The notes under the pieces are model-generated. The model searched no databases, had not been told where the DNA came from, and saw only the letters and a program-made list of their open reading frames with translations. From an uncultured Acidobacteriota bacterium (GTDB lineage: Bacteria; Acidobacteriota; HRBIN11; JAKEFK01): a stretch of DNA of 33,951 nucleotides. The number at the start of each line of letters is the position of its first letter. Within the stretch, counting starts at the first letter, position 1. Below, one piece after another: positions 33,608 through 33,951 of the stretch. The translations under genes were made by a program, and so were the position numbers. The stretch is taken from contig CAZDDB010000005.1 of the NCBI GenBank assembly GCA_964504105.1, positions 1-33,951 on the forward strand, read 5' to 3'.

Positions 33608-33951
33608 ATGCAAATATCGTCGTACAAACACAGGTGGAAAGTATGGCTAGGAGCATTCGCCGGCGCCACATTTCTGGGTCTTCTGGCGGCGATCATCTGG
33701 CGACTGAGTCCTGCCTACAAGAAGGAGGGGGCCGCCATGGTTCAGGTGCTGGCATGGCAGCTTACGTGGTGGTACACCTGGCTTCCGGTGCTTCCACTGG
33801 CGGTGCATTTTATTCGACGTTTTCCGCTGGATGGCGGACGATGGTTCCGGAATCTGGCGTTGCACCTGCCGGCAAGCTTGTTCTTTTCACTGACACACCT
33901 GACGCTTTATGTTACCACTGCCTGGTACACCGGCGGCGCGTGGAAGTGGCT
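33608..33951 (+). CDS. Membrane protein, 5' part; probably a LytS/YehU-type sensor histidine kinase (runs off the window; not in the ORF track)
   Basis: Manual translation gives MQISSYKHRWKVWLGAFAGATFLGLLAAIIW...WYTWLPVLPLAVHFIRRFPLDGGRWFRNLALHLPASLFFSLTH, open to the window end. The W..L.P....RRFP....W....H pattern resembles that sensor N-terminus. Confidence 0.7.
   Translation, partial: MQISSYKHRWKVWLGAFAGATFLGLLAAIIWRLSPAYKKEGAAMVQVLAWQLTWWYTWLPVLPLAVHFIRRFPLDGGRWFRNLALHLPASLFFSLTHLTLYVTTAWYTGGAWKW

Noticed and set aside
33647-33865. 72-aa minus-strand ORF
   Set aside because: Antisense to the better-supported membrane sensor ORF starting at 33608.

Overview
Bacterial chromosomal window of moderate GC; the gene repertoire suggests Acidobacteriota, which is inference only. 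The left half is mostly housekeeping and envelope genes: partial tRNA-Ala(GGC), PpiD-like chaperone, nadB, a metallophosphoesterase, a coaD-aminotransferase-PASTA-rpe-thioesterase-epimerase-bamD operon, a LysM protein, a pseudokinase-TonB fusion and smc. The right half is accessory: a LamG/CBM-like lipoprotein, an unknown two-gene cassette behind a nitrilase stub, class III aminotransferase plus aldehyde dehydrogenase, a pseudo-receiver-PAS-kinase-DUF4388-TPR protein, a methyltransferase-like gene, and a MocR-AraC-MFS operon divergent from a Cys/Met lyase operon, followed by an SDR and the 5' part of a LytS-type sensor. Four things stand out. (1) Several families of short palindromic or tandem repeats fill most intergenic gaps, and some are translated, including an 82-bp hairpin forming the NadB interdomain linker. 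(2) Two signalling proteins each carry a degenerate module. (3) Two neighbouring genes (PhzF and a MerB-like stub) keep both ends but lack their middles. (4) One lipoprotein appears to be leaderless with a CTG start. No transposase, integrase, CRISPR array or rRNA was seen.
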